In this document: one piece after another, positions 1-8,225 of the stretch
Numbering within the stretch: the first letter of the stretch is position 1
Layout of the letters: each line of letters starts with the position of its first letter
Made by a program: the position numbers and the translations under genes
Source: an uncultured archaeon
Lineage (GTDB): Archaea; Asgardarchaeota; Lokiarchaeia; Sigyniarchaeales; Promethearchaeaceae
Direction: 5' to 3'
Assembly (NCBI GenBank): GCA_964426185.1
Contig: CAYRPF010000055.1
Location: forward strand, 1-22,139
Length of the DNA: 22,139 nt
The notes under the pieces: generated by a model
Seen by the model: only the letters and a program-made list of their open reading frames with translations
Told to the model about the DNA's origin: nothing
Databases searched by the model: none

Positions 1-178
1 TATTCGGTTAAATAAATAAGATATAATCTTTATTTCTTTCTTTGAAATTTTCAAAATTCCTTTTTTTTACAATTTTTTCTTAATTTTTATGCTCAAAATT
101 CATAACCGAGCACTAAATGGTTGATATACGACATAAAGCATAATAAGACGAAAAAAAAATTAGTTCTCAATAACTTTA

Positions 179-1354
179 CTATTTTTCGACTTTTTCGGGA
201 ATTTTACTTCGAATTGTAGGAATCGGCGTTAATTCTTTAGCTTCCAATCGTTCATAATCGAAATAATCCACGATATCGCCCCAATGTGCATTTACAGTGT
301 TAATCACCTCATCGGAGATGTTGAATTTATTCACTTGATAAGTTTTTTGACTGTTAATATGGGTTTGAAAATTTTCCTTTGCTTCTTCCCAATTGTCTAA
401 ATTAAACTGGCGATAAATTTTTTCCATGTGGGACATTGGATCTTGAATAAACTCTTCATATTTAATTTCCAAGAAATTTCCATCGGGAATAATCTTCTTT
501 GCTTTTTTCCAATAGGTTACCATTTCTTTATAATGATTCAAGATTTCCTCTTTCAACATATCATCGGTAAAATTCTGTAAAGTATACAACGGCACGACTT
601 TTTGATAATAGTTCAAATTGGATGAATACAGCGTATAAGGATTGCGATATGTAAAGATGAATTTGGCGTTGGGAAACATTTCTAAAATGTATTTTACTCT
701 AAAACAAATGGCTGGATTTTTCAAGTATAATTGTTTACCATCGTATATGTAATCCAATATCTCCAGCAAATACTTATATTGCTTTTTCCACTTTCGCGCG
801 TCTTTCGGGAGATCCTTAAAACTGTGATATTTAGCAAATTCTTTGAATTTTTGAGGAAAAACCATTCCATGATAATAACCATACTTTGAATAGGTGCCTA
901 GACAATATTCTTCTTCGGTGGGTTCATCAGCACCCATAATTACATTATCCATTGGGCGTGTTTCAGGTAATGACGCATCAATTATCTTTCGAGTTAACTT
1001 CGGGATTGCTAAAAAGAAAGAAAAAGCATAACCAATTAAATTCGATACGTATCCTTTGGATTTATCTTTAGAGAGGGTGGTAATTAGATAGGTGGTGCCT
1101 GTTCGGTAATTTCCTATTATGAAAAGAGGGTCTGTTTTAATTTTCCGACCTTTAAGAGCTTTTCTAAGTTTTTGTTTTTGAAATATCCGCATGGGAACAG
1201 TAAAAAGAGATAATCCAAAGGCATATAAAAGTCGTAACCAATATTTAGGATGGATTTTAAAGCGTCCCATCCATAAAACTCGGAAAAAATTAGTTAAACT
1301 ATATCCAGCCATAATTTCCTCCGAAACCACAAGCCAATCGGTTTTTTTAGCCAT
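179..1354 (-). CDS. PAPS-dependent sulfotransferase (Sulfotransfer_3 / mycobacterial Stf3-like family)
   Basis: 5'-PSB loop IIGNYRTGTTYL, RPMDN and PTEEE motifs, LKNP, 3'-PB motif FPNAKFIFTYRNP..YSS, and IKYEEF. ATG at 1354 (MAKKTDW) is preferred over the GTG at 1363. Confidence 0.85.
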   Translation of the reverse strand: MAKKTDWLVVSEEIMAGYSLTNFFRVLWMGRFKIHPKYWLRLLYAFGLSLFTVPMRIFQKQKLRKALKGRKIKTDPLFIIGNYRTGTTYLITTLSKDKSKGYVSNLIGYAFSFFLAIPKLTRKIIDASLPETRPMDNVIMGADEPTEEEYCLGTYSKYGYYHGMVFPQKFKEFAKYHSFKDLPKDARKWKKQYKYLLEILDYIYDGKQLYLKNPAICFRVKYILEMFPNAKFIFTYRNPYTLYSSNLNYYQKVVPLYTLQNFTDDMLKEEILNHYKEMVTYWKKAKKIIPDGNFLEIKYEEFIQDPMSHMEKIYRQFNLDNWEEAKENFQTHINSQKTYQVNKFNISDEVINTVNAHWGDIVDYFDYERLEAKELTPIPTIRSKIPEKVEK

Positions 1355-1531
1355 GTTAATCACAGATATATATATGTTAAAGAGAATATTTGAATAAATA
1401 AAGAGATATTTGTATTTTAATCTTATGAGTCAATTTCGAATATTCGAATGATAAAATAATTATAATACGGAAAAAGTCTAATTATCATATCAGAAAAGGA
1501 CTAATCTAAGACATATATGTATAATTTTGAA

Positions 1532-1571
1532 TTTACTAAATGGAAATTTTAGTAAAAAAAAATTACTAAAT
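1532..1571. promoter_or_regulatory. Three TTACTAAA half-sites in alternating orientation; candidate operator between the divergent sulfotransferase and dinB genes
   Basis: TTTACTAAA (1532-1540), 7 nt, TTTAGTAAA (1548-1556), then TTACTAAAT (1563-1571). The repeats are seen directly; the function is inferred. Confidence 0.35.
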
Positions 1572-1667
1572 ACGGAATCTGTTAAATTCTCCTAAAAACA
1601 AAAAATCACTTTACCAGAACTGAGGGTTTTTTTAAAAAGCACTCTATATTAGTTAGATAGAAAGTGG

Positions 1668-2756
1668 ATGAGCAGATGTATTTTTCACGTAGATTTAGAT
1701 TGTTTTTTTGCAGCAGTGGAAATATTAGATAATCCAGAATTAAGGGGAGTTCCTCTCATAATTGGGGCAGATCCTAAGAAAGGAAAAGGTAGGGGTGTTG
1801 TTTCGACTTGTTCTTACGAAGCCAGAGATTATGGAGTTCATTCCGGCATGCCAATTTCCAAAGCATATGAATTATGCCCATTTGGAGTTTATATAGCCCC
1901 TCGATTTAATCGCATTAAAGAAATTTCATCTAAAGTAATGAAGCTTTTACAGAGCTATGCTGAAATATTTCAACAAACAAGCATTGATGAAGCATATTTG
2001 GATCTGGGTGATAAAATACAAAATTTTGAAGAAGCAAAAAAAATCGGTATAGAAATTAAAGAGCGGGTGAAAAACGAAATTGGGGTTACTTGTTCTGTAG
2101 GAATTGCATTTTCGAAGACTTTGGCAAAAATTGGCTCTGATTTTCAAAAACCAAACGGAATCACAATTATCACCCCACAAAATTATCAAAAACTACTCGC
2201 AAACCTCTCCATTACTGCAATTCCTGGTATAGGAAAAAAAACCAAGATATATTATTTTAGACGGGGGATTAGGACGTTCAAAGATATTTTTCAATCAAAT
2301 TTAACGCAATTAACTCGTAAGTTGGGTGAATCTGGAAAGTGGCTTTATAATACAGTTCACGGACAAGACGGTCGTAAAGTACATGATTCACGATTAGATT
2401 ATGACCCCAAATCAATTAGCACGGAAAGAACTTTTCGGGAAGATACGGCCGATATATCTTTTATTTTACAAAAACTGAGAGAAATGAATGAGAAACTCCA
2501 TCAAAAATTACATAAAAGGCAATTATTATATCGAACAGTATCAATTAAAATTCGTTTTCAAGGTTTTATTACTTATACTCGTGCTCAATCCTTTCCTCTT
2601 CCTACATATTCCATTCAAGCAGCAAAAGAAGCGATAAATGAACTGATGGAAGAATTCAAGCATTTAAACAGGAAAATCCGACTGATTGGATTACGATTTT
2701 CTAATTTAAGTGAAAAATTGCAAAAAAATCAAAAGAAAATTACCGAATATCTCTAA
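1668..2756 (+). CDS. dinB: Y-family DNA polymerase IV
   Basis: Motifs HVDLDCFFAAVE, CSYEAR, SIDEAYLD, KTLAKIGSDFQKPNG, HhH IPGIGKKT, little-finger KSISTERTF and RLIGLR; C-terminal PIP-box-like QKKITEYL. Confidence 0.96.
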   Translation: MSRCIFHVDLDCFFAAVEILDNPELRGVPLIIGADPKKGKGRGVVSTCSYEARDYGVHSGMPISKAYELCPFGVYIAPRFNRIKEISSKVMKLLQSYAEIFQQTSIDEAYLDLGDKIQNFEEAKKIGIEIKERVKNEIGVTCSVGIAFSKTLAKIGSDFQKPNGITIITPQNYQKLLANLSITAIPGIGKKTKIYYFRRGIRTFKDIFQSNLTQLTRKLGESGKWLYNTVHGQDGRKVHDSRLDYDPKSISTERTFREDTADISFILQKLREMNEKLHQKLHKRQLLYRTVSIKIRFQGFITYTRAQSFPLPTYSIQAAKEAINELMEEFKHLNRKIRLIGLRFSNLSEKLQKNQKKITEYL

Positions 2757-2776
2757 ATTAACTTCTCGAATTCATT

Positions 2777-4315
2777 CTAATATAATTTAGATAGTGTTTT
2801 TTGTAATTCTTCTATTTTATAGGGCTTAACCAGACTTCCTGAAAAACCATAATCTTGATAGTGGACAATCACTTTATCAGTAGCATAACCACTGGAAGCG
2901 ACTGCCTTAACAGAAGGATTCAATCTTAAAAGTTCTTGTAACGTAAGAACCCCTCCTTCTCCACCCTTTATTGTTAAATCTAAAATGACTACTTTAAATG
3001 GATCATGAGCACGCATGTGTTCCTTATAAATCTGCACTGTTTCTTGTGAATTTTTAGCCGTGTATACTTCTAAACCTAATTGAGTCAACATCTTCTTCAA
3101 AATTTTCCTAACTATTTCTTCATCATCCATAATCAAAATTTTTCCAGAAAATTTCGTTTCCGTATGGAACATAGGTTCTTCTTCCACTTGAACCATTGGT
3201 TCTGCAGGTAAATAGATTTTTATTTTAATTCCTTGTCCCAATTTTGAATGAAGTTGGATAAATCCAAAATGTTGATCAATGATATTCTTCACCGTTGAGA
3301 AATTAACATCTTGGCTAATATACTCACTTTGGAAAAACGGATCAAAAACATGAAGTATTTCTTCTTCTGGAATTCCAACGCCGTGATCTTGAAATTCTAT
3401 TAAGATATAAGACCCAGGATTATATTTAAATCGGTTGTTTTCATCTAAGGTTACGTTTGAAGCTGAAATCTCAATTGAGCCTCCAATTGGCATAGCTTGC
3501 ACACTGTTAATAATAATTTGATGGAATAGCAAACTAATCTGGGTCTTATTAAGATAAACCGGCCAAAGATTGTCATCAAAATTTATATTTGCAGTAATGT
3601 TGCTTCCAGAGAGAGTAAATTTGACAATTTCATTTAAAAGTTCAGGAAATTCAACCAATTCTTTCTCTTTTTGTTCTTCTGCAGAAAAAGTGAGTAATTG
3701 CTTAGTCATTTCGCGTGCATTTTCTATTCCTTTCTCCGCATCTTCAAGTAAATTCACCAATTCCCCCTCAGAGGGTATCTCAAACTTAGCTAAACTTACA
3801 TTTCCTAAAATAGTTGTAAAGATATTGTTAAAATCATGAGCCAATCCACTTAGTAGGCGAGACATTGATTTTAAGCGCAAATTTTTTTGTAATTCTTGAT
3901 TTATCAAATATTTTTCAGTATAATCGAATAAAAAAATAGTGAACCCTTCGATTTCATGTGAAGAATTTGTTTTTTTTAGGGGTATGATTGAAACTTTAAC
4001 GAAATGTTCTTCTCTTTTTTGATCAATAATGGTAGTAGGATATTCTAAAATCAACGGCTCTTTAGTTTTGAGAATTTTCTCAATATAGAATCCTAAGCTG
4101 GTTTTTTGATTATTTTGATAGAAATTTAGTGTTTCAAAAAGGTTTATAGTTTTCAAGTCCAATTCTGACATGCCTAAAATTGTATAAATATTAGAATTGC
4201 ACGTTTGAACCTCTCCGAACAAATCTGTTATTATTACCCCTTCATCCAAAGTTTCTAATATTATTTGAAGATTTAAATCTATTTCAAAATCCATAGATAT
4301 CAATAAACACTTCAT
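2777..4315 (-). CDS. Cytoplasmic hybrid sensor kinase (PAS-HisKA-HATPase-REC, CckA-like) with a degenerate G2 box
   Basis: PAS start ILETLDEGVIITD; H-box GLAHDFNN; N-box IIINSVQAM; G1 DHGVGI; F-box FDPFF; receiver MDDEE, ILDL, SSGY, VKPY. The start may be the ATG at 4294. Confidence 0.9.
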   Translation of the reverse strand: MKCLLISMDFEIDLNLQIILETLDEGVIITDLFGEVQTCNSNIYTILGMSELDLKTINLFETLNFYQNNQKTSLGFYIEKILKTKEPLILEYPTTIIDQKREEHFVKVSIIPLKKTNSSHEIEGFTIFLFDYTEKYLINQELQKNLRLKSMSRLLSGLAHDFNNIFTTILGNVSLAKFEIPSEGELVNLLEDAEKGIENAREMTKQLLTFSAEEQKEKELVEFPELLNEIVKFTLSGSNITANINFDDNLWPVYLNKTQISLLFHQIIINSVQAMPIGGSIEISASNVTLDENNRFKYNPGSYILIEFQDHGVGIPEEEILHVFDPFFQSEYISQDVNFSTVKNIIDQHFGFIQLHSKLGQGIKIKIYLPAEPMVQVEEEPMFHTETKFSGKILIMDDEEIVRKILKKMLTQLGLEVYTAKNSQETVQIYKEHMRAHDPFKVVILDLTIKGGEGGVLTLQELLRLNPSVKAVASSGYATDKVIVHYQDYGFSGSLVKPYKIEELQKTLSKLY

Positions 4316-4341
4316 TCCTAAGAATTTTAAGATTAGATATT

Positions 4342-4363
4342 AAAAGAAGAAAAAAGGGAAAAG
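4342..4363 (-). terminator. Oligo-pyrimidine archaeal-type terminator after the ior-panE operon
   Basis: The minus strand reads CTTTTCCCTTTTTTCTTCTTTT just downstream of the panE-like stop. Confidence 0.35.
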
Positions 4364-4377
4364 AATTGTAGAAGAGA

Positions 4378-5460
4378 TTAAAGATTTACAAAATAGGAAG
4401 GAACAATGTTCCGAACTCTGCCATCCAATACCTCTTTATAAAATTTGCGCAGCAAACCCCGCCCGCCCTTGATTTCCTTGTTTTCCAGCTTTTTAATGTA
4501 TTTTACCAACAAGGTATTGACAGGGAGTTCCATTCCATACGACTTTCCTATCTCTAAAATTTTTCCGTTTAAATAATCAATTTCGGTAGGGCGATTACCT
4601 CGAATATCTTGCAACATGGAAATAACCGCATTTCTGTGAGGATACACAATTTTTCCCAGAACTAATCGGGCAATGGCATAACTGATAATATCGTAGATAT
4701 ACAGAACTTCAGGGAAGAGTTTACCTTCAAAGGGATTTAAGGTTATTCCATGCTGAGTAGCCACATCAACCATTTCCTTCCAAGCCCACAGACATAGATA
4801 AACGCTTTCGTTTGAATTGGCTAATTCACCCAATGTACAATCTCCAATTGCCGAGAGTGGGTTGATAACAGAATTTATCAGCACTTTCATCCAAATATCT
4901 CCAGCAATAGTTTTAGATACCTGCACTGGTGCTACCTTGTTCAAAGATTCTACGATAAATTCCGGTATTTCTTCACTTTTACCATTAATATTTCCGATAA
5001 CCAAAGAACCATCTGAAGCTTGAACCGATATCCCCAAATTTTCCTTTTTTATGTTAAAACCGACCACACAACCAAATACATTCTGGAAATGATTGCTAGC
5101 TCCGATGTCGTAAGCAATTAAACCATTCTGGAGAGATACAATGGGGGTTTCTGTGGGTAAAATCTCGCCGAGTTGAGTCACTAAATCCATGGTATGGTTG
5201 GCTTTAAGAGTAATTGCCACGTACTTGGGTCTTATTTGATTTTTCTTGAGATCCTCAAGAGTGACTACTTCTACTTTTCCAGATAAGGTTTCGTTTCCTT
5301 TAACATATTTCACTTCATTGTTAGAAAAATGCTCCTTATGATGTTCTTTTCCCAATATCTTTACGGGAATTTTATAGTGTGCCAAACTAGCTATAACGGC
5401 GCACCCTATTGCACCTGGACCTACCACCAAAATTTCTGATTCTACTGTTTTTTTAGCCAT
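4378..5460 (-). CDS. panE: Ketopantoate reductase family (PanE/ApbA) 2-oxoacid reductase
   Basis: Rossmann VVGPGAIG, LKA, SLQNG, catalytic-Lys motif WMKVLINSVINPLSA, SMLQD...TEIDYLNG. Overlaps the iorB 3' end by 19 nt. Confidence 0.88.
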   Translation of the reverse strand: MAKKTVESEILVVGPGAIGCAVIASLAHYKIPVKILGKEHHKEHFSNNEVKYVKGNETLSGKVEVVTLEDLKKNQIRPKYVAITLKANHTMDLVTQLGEILPTETPIVSLQNGLIAYDIGASNHFQNVFGCVVGFNIKKENLGISVQASDGSLVIGNINGKSEEIPEFIVESLNKVAPVQVSKTIAGDIWMKVLINSVINPLSAIGDCTLGELANSNESVYLCLWAWKEMVDVATQHGITLNPFEGKLFPEVLYIYDIISYAIARLVLGKIVYPHRNAVISMLQDIRGNRPTEIDYLNGKILEIGKSYGMELPVNTLLVKYIKKLENKEIKGGRGLLRKFYKEVLDGRVRNIVPSYFVNL

Positions 5461-6047
5461 TGTTTTCCCTCCTTAAATGCTGTAAGATTGAATGATTGAG
5501 CCAATGGGTTTTTGGCAAAATGTTTACGAATTATTTTCTTAGCTAGCTTGGGATCCAACCCCAATTCATCAAAGTCTGTTAAAGCGCCAAAAATTGCGAT
5601 GTTCGTGGGCTTAATCTTTATTTCAATCTGTTTTTCATATTCAACACTATTAAAAATATATAATTCCTTGGCAAACTTCCTAATTTCGGCATCAATTTCC
5701 TCTTCTTCCGGAAAATTTTCCAAATCTAAATAGACAGTATTGCGAATCTCATATCTATTACCCATGATAATAACAGGTTTAGCTTTACTGGCATATAAGA
5801 AACGCAGAGTCTCGAGCTTTTCCAAACCAATTAAATAATGGGTATCTTCTAAAGCAAAAACAGGACAAGTATTCTCATTTACCGCTAACAGAGATTGAAC
5901 CGAGCCACCACGCTGAGAAAGACCGTGAACTTCATTAAAACATACTTCTTGACCTTGTGAACGGAAAGTTTTGGCCAAAAGATTGGCAAGAGTTATGATT
6001 CCCTGTCCACCTAATCCTACTAAAGCAATATTTATTCGACTGCTCAT
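5442..6047 (-). CDS. iorB: Indolepyruvate:ferredoxin oxidoreductase beta subunit
   Basis: GLGGQGIIT, EVHGLSQRGGSV, LEKLETLR, NIAIFGA, NLTAFKEG. Directly downstream of iorA, with SD-like AGGTGA (6052-6057, minus strand). Confidence 0.92.
   Translation of the reverse strand: MSSRINIALVGLGGQGIITLANLLAKTFRSQGQEVCFNEVHGLSQRGGSVQSLLAVNENTCPVFALEDTHYLIGLEKLETLRFLYASKAKPVIIMGNRYEIRNTVYLDLENFPEEEEIDAEIRKFAKELYIFNSVEYEKQIEIKIKPTNIAIFGALTDFDELGLDPKLAKKIIRKHFAKNPLAQSFNLTAFKEGKQWLKKQ
5468..5474 (-). promoter_or_regulatory. Shine-Dalgarno site for the panE-like gene, embedded in iorB
   Basis: The minus strand reads AAGGAGG, 7 nt, ATG (5460). Confidence 0.65.
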
Positions 6048-6055
6048 AATTTCAC

Positions 6056-7960
6056 CTACTTCGATTCTCCTCCGGTTTTTAGAACGATTGCATTAACCGG
6101 GCAGACATTTATACATAAATTGCATGCGATACAGCTGTTCTGATTGATTACAAATTTCCCATCATATTTCACTATAGAAGGACACGAAAATTCGTATAAA
6201 CAGGTTCCGCAGCCAGTGCATTTATCTTGATCGATATATACCTTCTTTTTACCTTGCTCCAGAATATCTTGGTTCCTGAATATGTCAATAACGCAAGTAC
6301 CGGTAAAAATTACGACAGACGGCCCTTCATAAGCCAAAGCTTCTTTGAAAATCTTGATATTATCTTTAATATTATCTACGGAAACGGATTTGACCCACTT
6401 TACGCCTAAACCCCGAACTACTTGTTCAATATCAATTTGTTCTTGTTCTGGCGCAATTCGTTCTGGTGAACTAGCAGTAGGTTGCCCCCCGGTCATAGAG
6501 GTTAAGTAGTTATTTAAAATTGCCACCGTTAGTTTTCGCTTGTGAAGCACGGCATCGAGTAGAGGAGGAATTCCCGCATGGAAAAACGTACCATCACCAA
6601 TAACTGCAACTACATGTTTATCTGTGGTCACCGAGAATCCAAGAGCTGTTCCAATACCCCCACCCATGCAAAGCCAGAAATCTCCCACTTGAACAGGAGG
6701 TACTTGCCCTAAAGCATAGCAACCAATATCACTGGGGATAATATCGTCGTAATTAGTGGCTTTCTTAATAACATAAAAAGCACCACGATGCGGACAACCA
6801 TCACATAGTCTTGGTAAAGTACGGGGTATAATCAGCTCTTTTTGAGTTAATATTGGGGCGAATGGTAAGGTGGATTTGATTTTCTTCACAAAGGTCTCAG
6901 GATCGGTGGGATCACCCTTAATATGCTCGAAGGGAATAGCTAAGAATTCTGCGACCAAACGGTTTTCTTGGGGAACTTCCAATTCCTTCTTGCCAAACAC
7001 CAAATGATCTGTCTTATTCTTGCCAATCATGGCCAGAAATTCAGTTTCCAAGTAAGATTCCAGCTCTTCCACAAAGTAGAGATACTTATACGGTTTTATT
7101 GCTGAAAGAATCTGTTCTTCATTTAATGGATGGATGGCTGAAATCTTTAGTATCGGTAAATTCAACTTATAGTATTCGTTGAGGTATGCCACTACAGGAT
7201 AAATCGCTCCATGGGTAATTATTAATTTATCTTGTGATTGCGGTTCCCCCTTCGGCTGCATAATCCGGTTTAAGGCATTAAACTGTGAGTCTACTCGAAT
7301 TTGTTCCAATTTTGCGTGCACGTTTTTGTGAAGGATATATCGAGCCGGAATTTGATAATTCACATCTCGGAGGAATTCCCCCTTGTGTGGTAATTTTTCT
7401 TCAATTGGGATGTACTCTACTTCGCTGGTATTCAATGATGTAAAATTTGTGAGCCGTAATATACACAATTGATTGTACTTTTCGGAGACTTCATAAGCTA
7501 CTTTAATCATATCAATGATTTCTTGATTTGTGGCGGGTTCAAAAATGGGAAGATGAGCAAATTTTCCCCAAAACCTCGAATCTTGTTCATTTTGACTAGA
7601 TAAACAACCTGGATCATCCACCACAACCAATAACATACCGCCCAAAGTTCCAAAATAGGCAAAAGCCATCATAGGATCAGAAGCAACGTTCAACCCCACA
7701 TGCTTCATAATTACTGCCGAACGGACTCCGCTCATGGATGCAGCTGCACTGAGTTCAAAAGCAACTTTTTCATTTATGGCAAACTCAAAAAATATCTGCC
7801 CTTTTTTGTGGAGCTGATATAACTTGGTTTGAATTTCGGTACTGGGAGTTCCCGGATATGCTGCAGTTACACCTACATGAGCTTGCAGAAGACCTTGAAC
7901 AACTGCATGATTTCCGATGATCAATTTTTTTTTTTTAGTAATAGTTTCGGAATCTGACAT
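6056..7960 (-). CDS. iorA: Indolepyruvate:ferredoxin oxidoreductase alpha subunit (TPP, two [4Fe-4S] ferredoxin motifs)
   Basis: YPGTPSTE, NEKVAFE, KHVGLNVASDP, DDPGCLSSQNEQD, LCDGCPHR, DIGCY, TPP motif GDGTFFHAG...LNN..TSMTGGQ, CTGCGTC...CP and CIACNLCINVCP. Confidence 0.96.
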   Translation of the reverse strand: MSDSETITKKKKLIIGNHAVVQGLLQAHVGVTAAYPGTPSTEIQTKLYQLHKKGQIFFEFAINEKVAFELSAAASMSGVRSAVIMKHVGLNVASDPMMAFAYFGTLGGMLLVVVDDPGCLSSQNEQDSRFWGKFAHLPIFEPATNQEIIDMIKVAYEVSEKYNQLCILRLTNFTSLNTSEVEYIPIEEKLPHKGEFLRDVNYQIPARYILHKNVHAKLEQIRVDSQFNALNRIMQPKGEPQSQDKLIITHGAIYPVVAYLNEYYKLNLPILKISAIHPLNEEQILSAIKPYKYLYFVEELESYLETEFLAMIGKNKTDHLVFGKKELEVPQENRLVAEFLAIPFEHIKGDPTDPETFVKKIKSTLPFAPILTQKELIIPRTLPRLCDGCPHRGAFYVIKKATNYDDIIPSDIGCYALGQVPPVQVGDFWLCMGGGIGTALGFSVTTDKHVVAVIGDGTFFHAGIPPLLDAVLHKRKLTVAILNNYLTSMTGGQPTASSPERIAPEQEQIDIEQVVRGLGVKWVKSVSVDNIKDNIKIFKEALAYEGPSVVIFTGTCVIDIFRNQDILEQGKKKVYIDQDKCTGCGTCLYEFSCPSIVKYDGKFVINQNSCIACNLCINVCPVNAIVLKTGGESK

Positions 7961-8225
7961 TAATTCAGAAAAAAAGTATGATCAGTATAAAAATTTTACT
8001 TTTAAGTAGATCGCATTTTTGTAAAAAAAATAAGGAAAATTTTTCACAAACCTTTAGATATGAAGATTTCTGAAATGAAAAAAACGCTACAATGATATTT
8101 TTCGAAGATAAAACCTTGCTAAATATGTAGAATTTATGTAGACGATAACTTAATTAAATAATTGAAGATTTATTTATTTTAAAAACACAAAACTCATTAA
8201 TTAGTTTTTTTTAACTTTGTTTACG

